Below, piece by piece: positions 62,101 to 64,000 of a DNA stretch of 64,000 nucleotides. The DNA is from Mytilus californianus (lineage: Eukaryota): assembly GCF_021869535.1 (NCBI RefSeq), contig NW_026262723.1:87358001-87422000 (forward strand), read 5' to 3'. The translations under genes and the position numbers were made by a program. The notes below the pieces were generated by a model. That model was not told the origin of the DNA. It did no database searches and saw nothing but the letters and a program-made list of their open reading frames with translations. Within the stretch, counting starts at the first letter, position 1, and each line of letters starts with the position of its first letter.

Positions 62101-63654
62101 AGTACTAAATGCATATATAACAGGTATTTTACTGTATAAAAAAGCATTCACGTAAAAGTACAAAGCATTCTTATACAAATACAGCAGAAATTCTTATAGC
62201 CAAAACAATTTACCAATTTTAGAATAAAACATAGAAAAAGATAACATGAATTGCCAAAAAAAACAAGCACAGTATAACAGACCACGCTAATCACTAACAA
62301 CAGTCCTCCGGAAAAAACATACATAAAAAAAAATTAGAACAACGGACAACACATGGTTCAGATAGCCTAACTTGGTACAGGCACACAATGTGCTGGGGTC
62401 AAACCATGCAGTTTTACGTGCGCACAAATCTTCTCTTTTGTCTAACAATAACTTTTGTCATAAAACGAAAACACAATAAAAATCCTGCACAGTGCAGATA
62501 CCAACAGGATGACCTCTAACTTAAACAAGAAAATGAAAGAAAAAAAAACAGGAATTGATGACATTGTTTTTTTTCTATTCTTAGAGTCTTCATCACCACT
62601 ACAGATCTTTAGGTGGCTGGACATTTGCCTTCGATGACTACTATCATTTAAATTTCACTCAAGATCTGGATAACCCTAACACTACTAAAATGGCCACATA
62701 CATTGATCCAATTTGTAGGTATTCCATTATCAAAATACATAATTACATTCTTTATTCCCAAACGTAGACAAAATAAAATCTGAAGTTGCCCAACCCAACT
62801 GGTATTATTATTTTCCAGAGTCTCAATATTAAGAGTGTATCAAGCAATAACATCAACGATACAAAATGTACTACACCTGATGCGCATTGCGACAATAGTC
62901 AATGATGCTCGAGTTCAAAATATTTGGAAATCCAATACTTATTAAAAAATTGAGGAGCCGATATTACCAAAATAGACAAAAAGTAAAGCCAAAGCCGAGC
63001 AAGGAATTAGAGCTTTGCATGAGGTTGATATATTCCTTATTCCTCAAGGAATATAATATAGAATTATTATCTTAGCACCAACTTTTAACTTTGGGTGGTA
63101 ATTGGCTTTTATCAAGTATCTGTTTCAACCTAAATCATGTTAGCTTGATATTGGGGATAGAGATGTTACATGACAGACGCCTCCCTAACTACGATAACGA
63201 CACCAGTGTTGTCAAATCCAGAGACACAATACCAAACTTTTATTAGCATTAGAAAACTGTTGACTGATATATTTTCCTTTACATAGTAAATATATGGGTG
63301 ATTTGGCCCTCTATTTGTGTGTTGCTTTTTTATTTGCGTTGTCAGTCTTTTGTCGGCTTATAGTTTTTCATTTCCCCTTGGATACTTCTCCTCCTTTTCG
63401 ACATCATATTTTATTTTAAAGAATATTAATAATATGACCGCTTTTTGTTTCAAACATACCATTTATTTATGGGGTTTCAATCTTTAATTTAAGAGTACAT
63501 TTATATTAAAATATGATTTTTTTTTGTTTCAAGCATATAATAGCAGGTATACATCAATACCCAAAATGATAGTAACAACTGGTGGAGATGAGTTCTTTAT
63601 ACCTGACGATTCTCACTACTACTTTGGTGAGCTGGATGGTCCTAAACTCCTAAG
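55957..63654 (+). CDS. Secreted AprA-like / PqaA-like (PhoPQ-activated pathogenicity-related) alpha/beta-hydrolase-fold protein; exons 1-8, 3' end outside the window
   Basis: Eight GT-AG exons join in frame. They give a signal peptide, LDDYV, MTSQKW, WWHYL.ITIP, IDGGSN, PNQP, EDAVIAWTW, RFPMTKASVRGMD, GASKRGWTTW, HHHYRSLGGWTFAF and GGDEFFIPD, all family-typical motifs. Confidence 0.9.
56383..56497 (+). CDS. AprA/PqaA-like exon 2
   Basis: EDRLDHPIWWHYLAITIPD...IDGGSNDDA; acceptor gatag, donor GTGAGT; phase 1 to phase 2. Confidence 0.9.
56892..57125 (+). mobile_element. Penelope-like RT remnant in intron 2
   Basis: DSEAQLITNLYDNRDDINFPI resembles the PLE LYDKRDDFNFPI motif; stops follow. Confidence 0.7.
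58524..58635 (+). CDS. AprA/PqaA-like exon 3
   Basis: PPTVSDNF...LKMIPNQPIVFK; acceptor cactag, donor GTAATC; phase 2 to phase 0. Confidence 0.9.
59602..59885 (+). repeat. Dispersed repeat family A copy in intron 3
   Basis: Colinear with 1797-2070. Confidence 0.85.
60322..60438 (+). CDS. AprA/PqaA-like exon 4
   Basis: DDPEQKKRKEDAVIAWTW...RFPMTK; 117 nt, AG/GT bounded. Confidence 0.92.
60895..60987 (+). CDS. AprA/PqaA-like exon 5
   Basis: ASVRGMDT...FFIAGASK; 93 nt, AG/GT bounded. Confidence 0.92.
61992..62081 (+). CDS. AprA/PqaA-like exon 6
   Basis: RGWTTWTTAAVDKRVVAMAPLVMDLLNMQK; 90 nt, donor GTAAGA. Confidence 0.92.
62585..62714 (+). CDS. AprA/PqaA-like exon 7
   Basis: SLHHHYRSLGGWTFAFDDYY...IDPI; 130 nt, ends phase 1. 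Confidence 0.92.
63534..63654 (+). CDS. AprA/PqaA-like exon 8
   Basis: YNSRYTSIPKMIVTTGGDEFFIPDDSHYYFGELDGPKLL; 121 nt, phase 1 to phase 2. Confidence 0.9.
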
Positions 63655-64000
63655 GTATACATCAGAAGGTTTTGTATAGTGAAGTCAGTACAGAGTGTAT
63701 GAGTTAAGTACGTTGTCTTTGAAGTTTATGGCTTATTTGTGAAAGTTGACATGGGTTGAAACTTCAACTCCAAATCTCTTGAAAATAAGATATATAATAA
63801 ATACAAAAATAAAATAAAATATATAATGAATTAGAAAAAAAAAATTATATAATAAAGTATAAAAAAAGATATGTAATAAATTAGAAAAAAATAATAATAA
63901 TTTTAAAAGTTAAATGTTCAACGCATATTACAAACAAAATGTTTGTCAGATGATATGACCATGAGTTTAAGCAGAAAATCGCATGTCATTGTAAAGTCCT

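Noticed and set aside
62630-62670. Possible frameshift or stop in AprA-like exon 7
   Set aside because: Re-reading gives FDDYYHLNFTQDLDNP in one frame; the 130-nt exon matches the phase of exon 8.

Overview
AT-rich, repeat-dense animal genomic DNA; the repeat families look like a Mytilus-type bivalve, which is inference from recall. The window holds five single-coding-exon otopetrin-family 12-TM channel genes (one on -, four on +, 6.0-47.6 kb) and the first eight coding exons of a secreted AprA/PqaA-like alpha/beta-hydrolase gene that runs off the right edge. Remnants of LINE and Penelope-like elements, TIR MITEs, foldback palindromes and local tandem duplications lie between them. The best candidate for a new system is the otopetrin-like array. 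All five copies keep [DE]xxxLL sorting motifs in an otherwise unalignable cytosolic loop, and all five have a splice acceptor 7-11 nt before the ATG. None keeps the canonical TM12 His. Four copies and the fifth carry opposite charges at aligned TM8/TM10/TM12 sites. This suggests an expanded, possibly organellar clade with altered permeation. No tools were run; all alignments were made by eye.
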